The notes below the pieces were generated by a model. The model was given only the letters and a program-made list of their open reading frames with translations. It was not told where the DNA came from and did not search any database. A stretch of 64,000 nt of DNA from an uncultured bacterium (GTDB lineage: Bacteria > Patescibacteriota > Minisyncoccia > Phycocordibacterales > UBA9973), in NCBI GenBank assembly GCA_903838985.1, contig CAIMAO010000002.1:1844-65843 (forward strand), given 5' to 3'. The translations under genes were made by a program, and so were the position numbers. Numbering within the stretch: position 1 is the first letter of the stretch; each line of letters begins with the position of its first letter. Of this stretch, positions 36,118 through 45,791 are shown one piece after another.

Positions 36118-39104
36118 ATATTTTTTTCAAAAACAGAAAACCACATCTTTTCTTTTTTATCAAAGAAATATCTAGTTAAAACATAATTTTCTGGGATACC
36201 TTTTGTTATTAATTCTTCTTGTGAATTTCCATTATGTATTAAGATATTTTCCGTATTTTCTTTTTGTAAAAATTTATTTATTATTTCTTCTTTAGATAAA
36301 TCTTTTGATGCCCAATGTTTTTTAGGATCACTCTCTAATGACAAGCTTGGTTCTCCTGCAAATTCGTATGATTTATCTGCCACAAAACCAGATTCTATAT
36401 AATAAGATGCTATTGGTTGACGGCTTGAACAATCAGCGTGCACAATCTGTCTTTTCATTAATGGTTCTATTGTCACTTGGAAGAAGGCTGTTCCAATTTT
36501 TGAGTTACAATAGATCGGATCAACATTAAATGATCCAAAATATGCGGAACCATCTTGTTTATAATCTACTCTATCAAAGGCTATAATTTTTTGGCCTTTT
36601 TTAAGAAACATAAAATCTGTCTCGGTGTATCCAGTATCAATTTTTTCTTGCCAAGATTTAAGGACAGCTTGTCTCAATTTTTCTTCAGGATAATTTTGTT
36701 CTATTATTTTGCGCATCTCTGAGATTTCCTCTTTTGTAACTTGATCTGATGAATAAGAATGGTTCATCTTGAGATCTATAAAGTTTTCAAAACCTAAGTC
36801 TGGGTTTTCTTTTTTGGCTATTTTAAATAAATTTTTAAATAAATCTACATCAGCTTTTGTGTTTTCCAAAGATTCTAAGAATTTTTCTTGCGAGAATTCT
36901 CCTTTTTCTACTTCTTCATTTTGTTTAATTAAAAGATCCCTTCCTCTTATTAAAAGATTTTCCTTTATTTTATTTATAAGTTCTGGGGATGGTGGTAATT
37001 TATAAGTTTTGTTTATTAATTCTTCAACATCATTAACAGCATCAATATATTCCCCGTATTTTGCAAATATAATTTTTGCTGTGTCTTCAGGTAATTTTTC
37101 TCCCAATTCTAAAATTTTATCTCCCATTTCGTTATTACCAGACATGGACAAGAAAGATCTGAGAAAAGTATTATTTTCTTCACTATTATTTTTTTTGAGG
37201 ATGATCTCTAATTTTTCGAAAGTTTCTTTACTGGAGGTAGATAAAAATTTTAGGAAGTATATCTGTTCTTTTAAAAAAAGATCTTCTGTTTTTATGTTTA
37301 ATCTATCATTTATGTAATTTTTTATTTCTGGCGTGTGTAAAATTTTTATTAGATGAGAAAAATCATCATTTCCAAATGGATTGAACTCTTTTTCTGTAGT
37401 GAAGCCGTCATAATTTTTTATGGGTAGGGTGTTTTTTCTAGAGCTATCTATCTCTATTATTTCTTTTATTACAGATTTAAGATTTTTAATAGATATTTTT
37501 TTAACAATTTCTATTACTTCTAATATCTTATCATTGTATTCTTTGTAATATGGTTCATTCAATTCATAAGTTTTCTGTTTTTCTGATTCCCAATTTTTAA
37601 TGTGAAAATTTTTGAGCTTACCTGCCATAATTTTAATTCTTTGTATTGGGGTAAGACTTTCTTCTTTTTCCCCTTCTGCACTTTCTTTTTTTAGAGAGAA
37701 AGAAGTATAGTCTTTTATGTCCATTGCCAACTGGCTCATTATTTTAAAAAGGCCATCATTATATTTTTCTTTTTTATAAGTTAGCCACTCTTCACCAAGA
37801 TATTTTTGTTTTTCTATAAAAATATTATCAAAATTTTTATCTATATAATCAAAAATTTCCTTAGTTTTGTTGTAATTTTCTTGTTCTATTTTTGTTGTGA
37901 CATAATTTTCGTTTGTTTTAATTTTTTCTTCTATTTTATATAACCCCTGTATGTTTTCTTTGAGTTTAGTTAAATTTTCTTTTTCTAAAACAGAATTCAA
38001 ACTAACTTCTTCTGGTTTTATGTTATCTAAATAATCAACAATATTACCGACATTGTTGTAAAAATGAGGGCTGTTTTTATTTTCGGAGTTATTTAGATAT
38101 TCAAGAGAAGAATTTAGCTTTTTTATTTCTTCGAAAGGTAAATTATTTTCTTTTGTAACCCTTTTTTCTTTTTGTTTTGGCTTTTTTATTAATGCAATAG
38201 GTATGAGATTTTCTTTCAAAACAATATTTTCATAATCTTTTGAAACGTTTGTATAGTAAATATTTTCTAATTGTGGAATAATTATGTTTTCCTTAGAAAA
38301 GGAATCATTTTCTAAAGAAATTTTTAACCTTACATCTTCTTCATCGTTATAAATATTTTCTTCTTCATAATCTTCAATTGAATCAATTTCTTCAAAGTTA
38401 TTAAGATTATTAGAAAAATTTATTATTTTTTTTAATTCAAAATCAGCTACGAAAGAAACAATTGGTATTTTTTCCTCATCTCTTACTTTTTGTATAAAAT
38501 TTATTGTGTCTTTAAACGCAACGTGTGCCCAAGATCCATCACCATAAGACCTTATCGCCACATTGGATAATGTTTTTATAACACTAATTTTTTTTGATTC
38601 TGATAATGTTTTTATTTTTTCAGCGATTTTCCCCAAACCATCTTTAGAATTAAAAGACAAATCATAAGCAATTTCTCCGGACATATCTGCTACATTTCTT
38701 AATTTATATGTTTCGTTTATTTCAGAAGAAAGTATTAATTTTTGTATATAATCAATATTTATATTTTCAAATATGTTTGGAGATTTATTAAAAAAAGTTT
38801 CATATAAATTTTCATAAAACTTTTGAACCTTTTCTTTATTATAGTTTTTATCAAAAATAATATTTTTACAAAAAGAAGTAAGTTTTTCTCCAAAAATGAT
38901 TGTTAAGTCTTTCATTTCTGGTGTTATATATCTTCCACTTCCGGTTAAAGAGCCTATTTTTACTTCTACTGAATCAAGAAAAGTACTCTCGTAATCATTT
39001 TTGTAAAAGCTTTGGATAAAATTTTCAACCCAAATAGTAAATTTCTTTTTAGTTTTTTCAAAATCTTCTTTTTTATTTTCTTTCGGTCCTTGGTCAAATT
39101 TCAT
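36114..39104 (-). CDS. Very large K/E/N-rich hypothetical protein (996 aa)
   Basis: Long low-complexity ORF. The C-terminal ~200 aa are more globular (...GSAYFGSFNVDPIYCNSKIGTAFFQVTIEPL...). No family assigned. Confidence 0.5.
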   Translation of the reverse strand: MKFDQGPKENKKEDFEKTKKKFTIWVENFIQSFYKNDYESTFLDSVEVKIGSLTGSGRYITPEMKDLTIIFGEKLTSFCKNIIFDKNYNKEKVQKFYENLYETFFNKSPNIFENINIDYIQKLILSSEINETYKLRNVADMSGEIAYDLSFNSKDGLGKIAEKIKTLSESKKISVIKTLSNVAIRSYGDGSWAHVAFKDTINFIQKVRDEEKIPIVSFVADFELKKIINFSNNLNNFEEIDSIEDYEEENIYNDEEDVRLKISLENDSFSKENIIIPQLENIYYTNVSKDYENIVLKENLIPIALIKKPKQKEKRVTKENNLPFEEIKKLNSSLEYLNNSENKNSPHFYNNVGNIVDYLDNIKPEEVSLNSVLEKENLTKLKENIQGLYKIEEKIKTNENYVTTKIEQENYNKTKEIFDYIDKNFDNIFIEKQKYLGEEWLTYKKEKYNDGLFKIMSQLAMDIKDYTSFSLKKESAEGEKEESLTPIQRIKIMAGKLKNFHIKNWESEKQKTYELNEPYYKEYNDKILEVIEIVKKISIKNLKSVIKEIIEIDSSRKNTLPIKNYDGFTTEKEFNPFGNDDFSHLIKILHTPEIKNYINDRLNIKTEDLFLKEQIYFLKFLSTSSKETFEKLEIILKKNNSEENNTFLRSFLSMSGNNEMGDKILELGEKLPEDTAKIIFAKYGEYIDAVNDVEELINKTYKLPPSPELINKIKENLLIRGRDLLIKQNEEVEKGEFSQEKFLESLENTKADVDLFKNLFKIAKKENPDLGFENFIDLKMNHSYSSDQVTKEEISEMRKIIEQNYPEEKLRQAVLKSWQEKIDTGYTETDFMFLKKGQKIIAFDRVDYKQDGSAYFGSFNVDPIYCNSKIGTAFFQVTIEPLMKRQIVHADCSSRQPIASYYIESGFVADKSYEFAGEPSLSLESDPKKHWASKDLSKEEIINKFLQKENTENILIHNGNSQEELITKGIPENYVLTRYFFDKKEKMWFSVFEKNI

Positions 39105-39147
39105 ATAAAAATATTATGTCAAGAAATTTTAATTTTGTCTAGTCCGT

Positions 39148-39873
39148 TTAAATTCCTGCTAGTGTTATTGCACTATATAGAACGAGTACTCCTAAAACCG
39201 TGGCGAAGGTGGTCCAGATTGTTGGATGACTGTGATGACTTTCTGGTAAAAGATCTGAAGCTCCAATATACAAAAAGAAGCCTGTAAATATAGCTAAAAT
39301 TATTCCTAGAGTTGATTCTGAAACAGTAAAGAACATTGTAGAAACGACTCCGAGCACAGGAGCTATCGCATCAACTAGAAGCCATTTGAAAGCTTGTGTG
39401 CGTGTGCCAGAGTTTTTCAATATCATATTGACTGTATTTATTCCATCTGAAAAATCATGCACAAGCACAGCGATGGCAACGATAGATCCTACAACACTTG
39501 ATACTTGAAAAGCGAGTCCTATTGCCATTCCGTCCAAGAAACTGTGTATAGATAAACTTCCCGCCCCCAATATTCCCCTTTCAGCTAACATATGTTCTTC
39601 GTGTTCATGTGTGCCGTGTGAGTGGAAAAATACAAATCTATCTAAAATCATATAGACAATAAAGCCTAGTGCAGCGATTGAAGTAATTAGATTTATATTG
39701 TAATTTTGTTTTCCTAATTCTAATGCTTCAGGTAATAAATCAAAAAAAGCGACGCCTATCACAGCACCAGCTGAAAATCCCAATATCAAATGTAGCTTGT
39801 CTTTAAAGCGTAAAGCGAACATTCCACCTAAAAATGTGGAAACTAGCGTTGCTATACTTATCACTATTATCAT
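39148..39873 (-). CDS. zupT: ZIP family zinc transporter (ZupT-like)
   Basis: 241 aa, 8 TM helices. His-rich loop HSHGTHEHEEH and the HDFSDGI metal-binding motif. Confidence 0.8.
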   Translation of the reverse strand: MIIVISIATLVSTFLGGMFALRFKDKLHLILGFSAGAVIGVAFFDLLPEALELGKQNYNINLITSIAALGFIVYMILDRFVFFHSHGTHEHEEHMLAERGILGAGSLSIHSFLDGMAIGLAFQVSSVVGSIVAIAVLVHDFSDGINTVNMILKNSGTRTQAFKWLLVDAIAPVLGVVSTMFFTVSESTLGIILAIFTGFFLYIGASDLLPESHHSHPTIWTTFATVLGVLVLYSAITLAGI

Positions 39874-39874
39874 G

Positions 39875-39945
39875 TGCGGGATGGGAGAATCGAACTCCCA
39901 ACCACAGTTTGGAAAACTGTTATTTTACCATTAAACTAATCCCGC
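39875..39945 (-). tRNA. tRNA-Gly (anticodon UCC)
   Basis: Cloverleaf on minus strand: acceptor gcgggat/atcccgc, anticodon stem acagt/actgt with loop tttccaa, T-arm gggag-ttcgatt-ctccc. Confidence 0.8.
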
Positions 39946-39965
39946 TTAATTTAAATATCGAAGGG

Positions 39966-40036
39966 TCGGGCTGCTGGGAATCGAACCCAGTCTAAACGCT
40001 CCCAAAGCGCTTGTACTACCGGTATACTACAGCCCG
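39966..40036 (-). tRNA. tRNA-Pro (anticodon UGG)
   Basis: Acceptor cgggctg/cagcccg, anticodon loop tttggga, T-arm ctggg-ttcgatt-cccag. Confidence 0.8.
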
Positions 40037-40073
40037 TTAAATTTATTAAATTATAAAATATCTTTACCGACTA

Positions 40074-40128
40074 AAGTCTAAACGCTCTCACCATGAAGGC
40101 GCTTGTACTACCGGTATACTACAGCCCG
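40074..40128 (-). pseudogene. Truncated duplicate of tRNA-Pro (5' half through anticodon stem; no T-arm)
   Basis: Matches the tRNA-Pro 5' half exactly (cgggctgtagtataccggtagtacaagcgc). The anticodon loop is replaced by cttcatggtga and there is no T-arm or acceptor 3' strand. Confidence 0.55.
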
Positions 40129-40154
40129 AAACATATTTGAACTTCATAAGTATA

Positions 40155-40565
40155 TTACAAAATAAGATCTTCCACAACTTTTATTTTTGCTTTCTTGTTT
40201 TTTATATCTAAAAACACAACCAATAAATCGACTTGCCATTCTTTATCCTCAGGGACGTTTTTATTTAAAAGATAGGTTTGTATTGTCCGTGACATTCTTT
40301 TCATTTTCCAAGGATGCATATTATCTTCAGGTTTGTAATTATCTAGGGTTTCATGTGTAACGTTAGCTAAAGTTTCACGAGAAACACTCTTAACTTCAAT
40401 AAAATATAGCTTATTTCCCTTTTCAGCTACAATATCTAGTTCTCCCCATTTTCTAGTGTAATTTCGTTCTATAATAACGAAATTGTGTTTCACGAGAAAC
40501 TTTATGGCTATATTTTCCCCAATTTCCCCTATTTTTTGTGTTTCTGAGGTAAAAACCTTAGGCAT
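40155..40565 (-). CDS. yraN: YraN-family (UPF0102) predicted endonuclease
   Basis: 136 aa. ...GEIGENIAIKFL...IIERNYTRKWGELDIVA...YFIEVKS... matches the YraN pattern. Confidence 0.7.
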   Translation of the reverse strand: MPKVFTSETQKIGEIGENIAIKFLVKHNFVIIERNYTRKWGELDIVAEKGNKLYFIEVKSVSRETLANVTHETLDNYKPEDNMHPWKMKRMSRTIQTYLLNKNVPEDKEWQVDLLVVFLDIKNKKAKIKVVEDLIL

Positions 40566-40593
40566 AATCTATGTTTTTGTTTATTTTGTAAAT

Positions 40594-40623
40594 GTTTCAT
40601 AAGAAACGTGTTTCACGTGAAAC
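40594..40623. promoter_or_regulatory. Tandem palindromes gtttcataagaaac / gtttcacgtgaaac upstream of yraN (candidate operator)
   Basis: Three further copies of gtttcacgagaaac lie at 40372, 40487 and 41352. The function is unknown. Confidence 0.3.
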
Positions 40624-40836
40624 AAATAGCTTAATTTTATGTCTTTTATTAAAATATCCTTATTTTACAACGTATTTTATATAAAAATGGCCTTAAAGAC
40701 AAAATTTTATTGTGTCCTTTATAAACATTACCAACATAGTTATCCACATTTATCCACAAAATCCTTATAAATAAAGATGAAATTAAAAACAAATAAAGGA
40801 CAATTATAGTTTTGTCTTAGATCTTTCTTTTTTGTG

Positions 40837-40908
40837 TGCACCCGGAGGGATTCGAACCCCCAACAACTGCTTCGAAGGCAGGTATGATATCCATTTCACT
40901 ACGGGTGC
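40837..40908 (-). tRNA. tRNA-Arg (anticodon UCG)
   Basis: Acceptor gcacccg/cgggtgc, anticodon loop cttcgaa (the stem has one C·U mismatch), T-arm ggggg-ttcgaat-ccctc. Confidence 0.7.
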
Positions 40909-41022
40909 AAGGATATTAATTATACTCCTATAAATACTAATTATCAAAATTGCAATATTTTTTATAAAATACTATAATTGAAATGTTATCGGCAATTAGG
41001 TCATTTTTATAAAAATAATACT

Positions 41023-41093
41023 GCGGTTATGGTTTAGTGGTAGAACACGTCCTTGCCAAGGATGAGACGGGAGTTCGATTCTCCCTAGCCGCA
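41023..41093 (+). tRNA. tRNA-Gly (anticodon GCC)
   Basis: gcggttatggtttagtggtagaacacgtccttgccaaggatgagacgggagttcgattctccctagccgca. Anticodon loop ttgccaa. Confidence 0.85.
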
Positions 41094-41100
41094 CAGAATA

Positions 41101-42698
41101 TAGTGAATCTAATAGAAGAGAAAAACTTAATAAACAAGATTCCAAAAGAAGTTTCATTTGTAACGGACACGCTTGAAAAGGGTGGTTTTGAGGCATACCT
41201 TGTAGGTGGTTGCGTGCGTGATTTACTAATGGACAGGGAACCAAAAGATTGGGACATAACAACTAATGCGAAACCAGATCAGATTATCGGACTTTTTGAA
41301 AAAACTGTTTATGAGAATGATTTTGGCACTGTAATGGTTATTCAAGAAGATGTTTCACGAGAAACATTACGTCAAATAGAGGTTACGCCATATAGAGTTG
41401 AAGCAAAATATACTGATTTTAGACATCCTGATGAAATAAAGTTCAGTGATAATATAGAAGATGATCTTAAGAGACGTGATTTTACCATAAACGCCTTGGC
41501 TCTAAATTCTAAAGGACATATGATAGACATGTTTGATGGCTTAAAGGACATTAAAGACAAGATGTTAAAAGCAGTAGGGGAACCAGATGATCGTTTTCAA
41601 GAGGATGCACTTAGAATGTTGCGCGCTGTGCGTATTGCTTTACAACTTGGTTTTTCTGTGTCTTATGAAAGTAGTGAAAGTATTTTAAAAAATTCTGATT
41701 TGATAAAAAAAATATCACCAGAAAGAATTCGTGACGAATTTTCAAAAATAATAATGTCTGCGAATCCATCTGTCGGAATTGTAATGTTGCAAAAATTTGG
41801 TTTATTAAAAAATATAATTCCTGAGCTTGAAGAGGGAATTGATTGTGAACAATCGGGTGAACATATTTATGATGTTTGGAATCATTTACTACATGCACTG
41901 CAACATGCTGCTGACAAAGATTGGTCATTTGAAGTAAGAATAGCAGCGTTATTTCATGATATTGGAAAACCTAGATCTAGGAGGGCTGCAGAAAAAACTT
42001 CGCCTGATACTTTTTCTCAGGTCCTCGGGTCGCCCGCACAAAATTCTAAAAAAGAGCGGGCTCAACCAGACCATTCGCAAAAGTATACAGGCGAAGTTTT
42101 TTTGAAAAAGAAATACACATTCTATGGGCATGAAGTGATAGGAGAGAGAATGACAAAAAAAATATTGGAGCGTTTAAAATTTTCCAAAAAAGAAACAGAA
42201 TTAATTTTAAAACTTATTCGCAATCATATGTTTTTCTCTGACACAGAACTTATAACTCTTTCTGCCGTGCGAAGAATCATTGCGAAAGTTGGAGCAGAAA
42301 ATATTTGGTTGTTAATGAATGTTCGTGAGTGTGACAGAGTAGGTATGAAGAAGAAAGAAGCACCATATCGTTTGCGTAAATATTTTGCAATGATAGAAGA
42401 AGCCTTGCACGACCCCATATCTGTCGGACAGCTTAAGATTGATGGAGAATTTATGATAAAAAATCTTGGTATAAAGCCAGGCCCTAGAATGGGATGGATT
42501 TTGCACGCATTGCTTGAAGAAGTTCTCGATGATTCAAGTAAAAATACAGAAGAGCATCTTTCAGAATTAGTGAAATCACTCAATATGCTCGGAGATGAAG
42601 AGTTGAGAACATTGGGTGAAAGAGGGAAAGAAAAAAAGGAAGAATTAGAAGAGCAAGAAGTAGAAAAATTACATTCTAAACATGGAGTTAGGAAATAA
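41101..42698 (+). CDS. cca: CCA-adding tRNA nucleotidyltransferase (polyA polymerase family with HD domain)
   Basis: NTase motif LVGGCVRDLLM...DWDI, HD domain ...LFHDIGK.... The ORF as listed (41037) would overlap the tRNA-Gly, so the real start is probably the GTG near 41101 or further downstream. Contains an in-frame GC-rich element. Confidence 0.8.
41994..42112. repeat. GC-rich palindromic element (family 3) inserted in-frame in cca, flanked by a ~20-bp locus-specific inverted repeat
   Basis: Flanks acttcgcctgatactttttctc / gcaaaagtatacaggcgaagttttt. Core aggtcctcgggtcgcccgc...gggctcaaccagacc is the reverse complement of the pcrA copies. Encodes ...FSQVLGSPAQNSKKERAQPDHSQ... Confidence 0.8.
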
Positions 42699-42724
42699 TT
42701 ATTTTTGATTTATAATAAATATAT

Positions 42725-44254
42725 ATGAATATGAGAATAGGACTTGAAAACTCAAAGAATAACAATAAAGAAGAAGAACCAAGGATGTCTCTTTTGGATC
42801 AAAAATCAGGTGTTGTTCAAAGAATAACAGAAGAATATCCTAAAGGAATTATAAATAATAATTTTGATAATATTGTTGACCCAAACAGGAAAAAGACGGC
42901 GATTGATATTCCAGCACTTGGCCCTAATTCTACTAAAGAAGATTTTTTTCACTGGGTAGCAAAAGAAACCGGAGTTGATTTTTTTCTTTTAAGTAGAAAA
43001 TCAGAAGAGATTGAAAATTCTGAGGAGGAGAAAAAAATAGAGGATATATATAAAAAACTAAATGCAGCTTATCAACAAGCAAAAGTATTTTTGAAAGATG
43101 TTTTAAAATATAAAGAAGAGCAAATCAAAACAGAGCCCAGTGTTTTAAAAAATGAAAAAGATTTAATTAAACTTTTTGAAAATACAAGGATGTTTAAAGG
43201 GAAAACAGATACATTGAGTCAATCAATAAAATATTGTCGTATGCTTAAAACAGCATTGGCAACCTATGAAGCGACAAAACACGATGCTAGATTATTAGAA
43301 AAAATTACAAGATTAGTAGAAGAATTATTAATTTCTAATGACACAGAAAACCCCGACAAAAAACCGCTTGTTTTTTTAGGTAGTCATGATTATCCAAACA
43401 CAAAAGCAATGTTTTCAGACAAAGATGGCTCTTCTTTTGAGTGTATGGTTTCTTTACGATCTAAAGAATTTAATGGAGTTGTGTTGCGTCTACTTACTAG
43501 ACCAGAATCAAATGCAGAAAATGCACTTAAGGACGGAATAGGTATTCGAATAACTGTTAATAAAAAAGAAGCGTTAATATTAATACCAATTTTATATAAG
43601 TGGCTTATAGAAAAAATGAATATAGGTATTGCTGACATTGAAAATAAATTTTATTTTGAAGAAAATGAGGAAAAGGAATTAGAAAAAGTGTTGAAAGATG
43701 TAACAGATGAAATAAACAAAAAAAGAAAAGATTTATCTGAGGATTCTTCTGAACAGGAAGGAGGATTTGTTTTGTCAGAAGAAAAACATAATAGTGCTTC
43801 TGCTGGTGATTTTAAAACATTGGTTATAAAAGGTAATTTACAATTTTCTGAAGATGAAACCTTAAATTCTAAATCTATTTCTAGCCACGCTAGACAATTT
43901 GAGATTCAACTTGTTCCTCAAGATGATAAAAATGAAGAAGGTGAAAATAATCATTATATTTATGATGTCAAAAAATATATAATTGCTATTACTAGGCTAG
44001 ATGGTTGGTGCTCTAAAGAAGCTTTTGATGAATTTATAAGAGATGCAGCTATAAAATCTGGATTAGAATCAGAAAAAATAAGATATTTTTTGGTTGATAA
44101 ACATAAAGCGCCTATTGTTGAAATTATAAAAGAGGGGAAAGACAATAAAAAACAGAAAGCAGTTTATGTTGCATTTTCAGTTTATGAAAGATGGAAAAAA
44201 GCAAGTTTAATAAGCGAAGACTCATTTAAAATAGTTGAAGCTGCAAGAAAGTAA
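42725..44254 (+). CDS. Hypothetical protein, possible RelA/SpoT-like (Pol-beta superfamily) nucleotidyltransferase domain
   Basis: 509 aa. The central segment LGSHDYPNTKAMFSDKDGSSFECMVSLRSKEFNGVVLRLLTR...LKDGIGIRITV resembles the GRVKSFxSVxxKh ... DLxGxRhh pattern of (p)ppGpp-synthetase-like NTases. This assignment is weak. Confidence 0.4.
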   Translation: MNMRIGLENSKNNNKEEEPRMSLLDQKSGVVQRITEEYPKGIINNNFDNIVDPNRKKTAIDIPALGPNSTKEDFFHWVAKETGVDFFLLSRKSEEIENSEEEKKIEDIYKKLNAAYQQAKVFLKDVLKYKEEQIKTEPSVLKNEKDLIKLFENTRMFKGKTDTLSQSIKYCRMLKTALATYEATKHDARLLEKITRLVEELLISNDTENPDKKPLVFLGSHDYPNTKAMFSDKDGSSFECMVSLRSKEFNGVVLRLLTRPESNAENALKDGIGIRITVNKKEALILIPILYKWLIEKMNIGIADIENKFYFEENEEKELEKVLKDVTDEINKKRKDLSEDSSEQEGGFVLSEEKHNSASAGDFKTLVIKGNLQFSEDETLNSKSISSHARQFEIQLVPQDDKNEEGENNHYIYDVKKYIIAITRLDGWCSKEAFDEFIRDAAIKSGLESEKIRYFLVDKHKAPIVEIIKEGKDNKKQKAVYVAFSVYERWKKASLISEDSFKIVEAARK

Positions 44255-44255
44255 T

Positions 44256-44552
44256 TTATTCCGTAGTTTCACTTATTGAAAAATCGGCGAAGTCATTTTT
44301 TGGTTCTTGCCAGGTGATAGAAAAATTTTCTACTGGAGAAAAAAGAGGGAAGAGATAGGGTCCACGTTTTAATTTACTCATAAATATATCTAGATACTTT
44401 TCTTCTCCTTCAGCAATAACTTTGATACTACCGTCACTTTTGAAAAAGGTTATGCCTTTGAGGCCTAATCTGTTTGCATTGTCATTTATCCACAACATAT
44501 ATTCGTGGTCTAAATTCTTACCTGACATTGTACATTCGATGCATTTAATCAT
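44256..44552 (-). CDS. Acylphosphatase-like protein
   Basis: 98 aa. ...GKNLDHEYMLWINDNANRLGLKGITFFKSDGSIKVIAEGEE... fits the acylphosphatase fold pattern. Tentative. Confidence 0.45.
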   Translation of the reverse strand: MIKCIECTMSGKNLDHEYMLWINDNANRLGLKGITFFKSDGSIKVIAEGEEKYLDIFMSKLKRGPYLFPLFSPVENFSITWQEPKNDFADFSISETTE

Positions 44553-44637
44553 GGTTTAATAATAACACTAATAATAGATTATGCTAGAAAAATAAAACCC
44601 TGAAAATTTTTCAGGGTTTGTGGGTTTAGAAATTGTT

Positions 44638-45012
44638 CTAACTAGGCATGGTCCGTGTTGAGGCAATAAATTCTCCGTATTCTCCAAGATAAGGAAACCC
44701 GGCGTCCTTAGGACATTTTATGAAAATATCTAAAATCATATTATTTTCACGAATGTCTAAACAAATGTTGCAATTTTCTTTTTTAGAGAAATCACAACTC
44801 ATAACTATGTCCTTTTTTAAAATAATTTTACCAATAAATTTATCTTTATAACTAAAAGTAATTATTGGTGGATTTTTTTTAAAAAAGTCATCATCCATTT
44901 CTTCTTCTGGAGGAAAGTCATCAGGACAATGAGAAACAAGGTGACATTCGCCCTTTATGAAACCCAAAGGGGATTTTTTGATTGATTTAATGAATTTTTT
45001 GAATGTTTTCAT
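44638..45012 (-). CDS. Hypothetical Cys-containing protein (124 aa)
   Basis: ORF only. Confidence 0.35.
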   Translation of the reverse strand: MKTFKKFIKSIKKSPLGFIKGECHLVSHCPDDFPPEEEMDDDFFKKNPPIITFSYKDKFIGKIILKKDIVMSCDFSKKENCNICLDIRENNMILDIFIKCPKDAGFPYLGEYGEFIASTRTMPS

Positions 45013-45129
45013 TGCATTTCCTTTTTTGTTGTTGAAAGAATATTTCTCGTACTTTACAAAATTGATAAAAAGTAGTCAAATAAATTGATAATTTGTGTTA
45101 ATTGTAAAAATTTGTTATGTTTATAACAT

Positions 45130-45768
45130 ATGATAAAAGTAGGTGAAAAAATTGAAGAAATAATAAAAGGAGACCATGAAGCCCTTTTTTGTTTATCGCG
45201 AGGAATACTTAATCTTTCAAGTTATTCTAGAGGAATTCATGATGCTGTAGAAAAAGCGACAAAAAAAGAGGTAAAATTGGCGACTATTATAATGGCACTG
45301 TCTAGATTAAAAAGAAAAATTGTTGGAACGACGCCATTATTGCAAGAAGTTGTGGTCGATGGCATGACAGTAAAAACACCACTTGCAGAAGTTGTGTTTG
45401 AGAAGACATCTACCACTATTTCTAGGCTTCCCATAGTTCAAAAAAATATAAAACCAAAAAGCGATGAATGGTTTAGTTTCTCTCAAAATTCTAAAGCCAT
45501 AATAATTATTTGTAGTGAATCTAGGATAGATGCTGTGACAAATTGTATGGGGGTCGTTCCACTTTTAGTATTGAAAGATCTGACAGCTATCGGGCTATCT
45601 ATCAATGCACGATATCATTCTAGGCCAAACATAACTTTTTCTTTGTTGCATAAAATAGCAGAGAGAGAAATTCCACTAGCGGAAATATTTACGACAAGAG
45701 ACGAGATGATGTTTATTTTTGAAACAAAATATTTATCTCAAGTTGTTGAGATCTTTCAAAAAGATTAG
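45130..45768 (+). CDS. Hypothetical protein (212 aa)
   Basis: ORF upstream of murI. No family recognised. Confidence 0.45.
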   Translation: MIKVGEKIEEIIKGDHEALFCLSRGILNLSSYSRGIHDAVEKATKKEVKLATIIMALSRLKRKIVGTTPLLQEVVVDGMTVKTPLAEVVFEKTSTTISRLPIVQKNIKPKSDEWFSFSQNSKAIIIICSESRIDAVTNCMGVVPLLVLKDLTAIGLSINARYHSRPNITFSLLHKIAEREIPLAEIFTTRDEMMFIFETKYLSQVVEIFQKD

Positions 45769-45791
45769 AAATGTAATATAAAAATAAATTT

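Noticed and set aside
40594-40623. gtttcN4gaaac palindromes as a LexA box (Cheo-box-like GAAC-N4-GTTC or Verrucomicrobia-type TGTTC-N4-GAACA)
   Set aside because: No copy lies upstream of lexA itself (56260..56357). Three of five copies are inside coding sequences. The half-site differs (GTTTC rather than GTTC). Kept only as an unexplained repeated palindrome.
41037-41100. Annotated start of the 553-aa cca ORF at 41037
   Set aside because: The first ~19 codons are simply the translated tRNA-Gly(GCC) gene (41023..41093). The real start must lie downstream, near 41101 or later.
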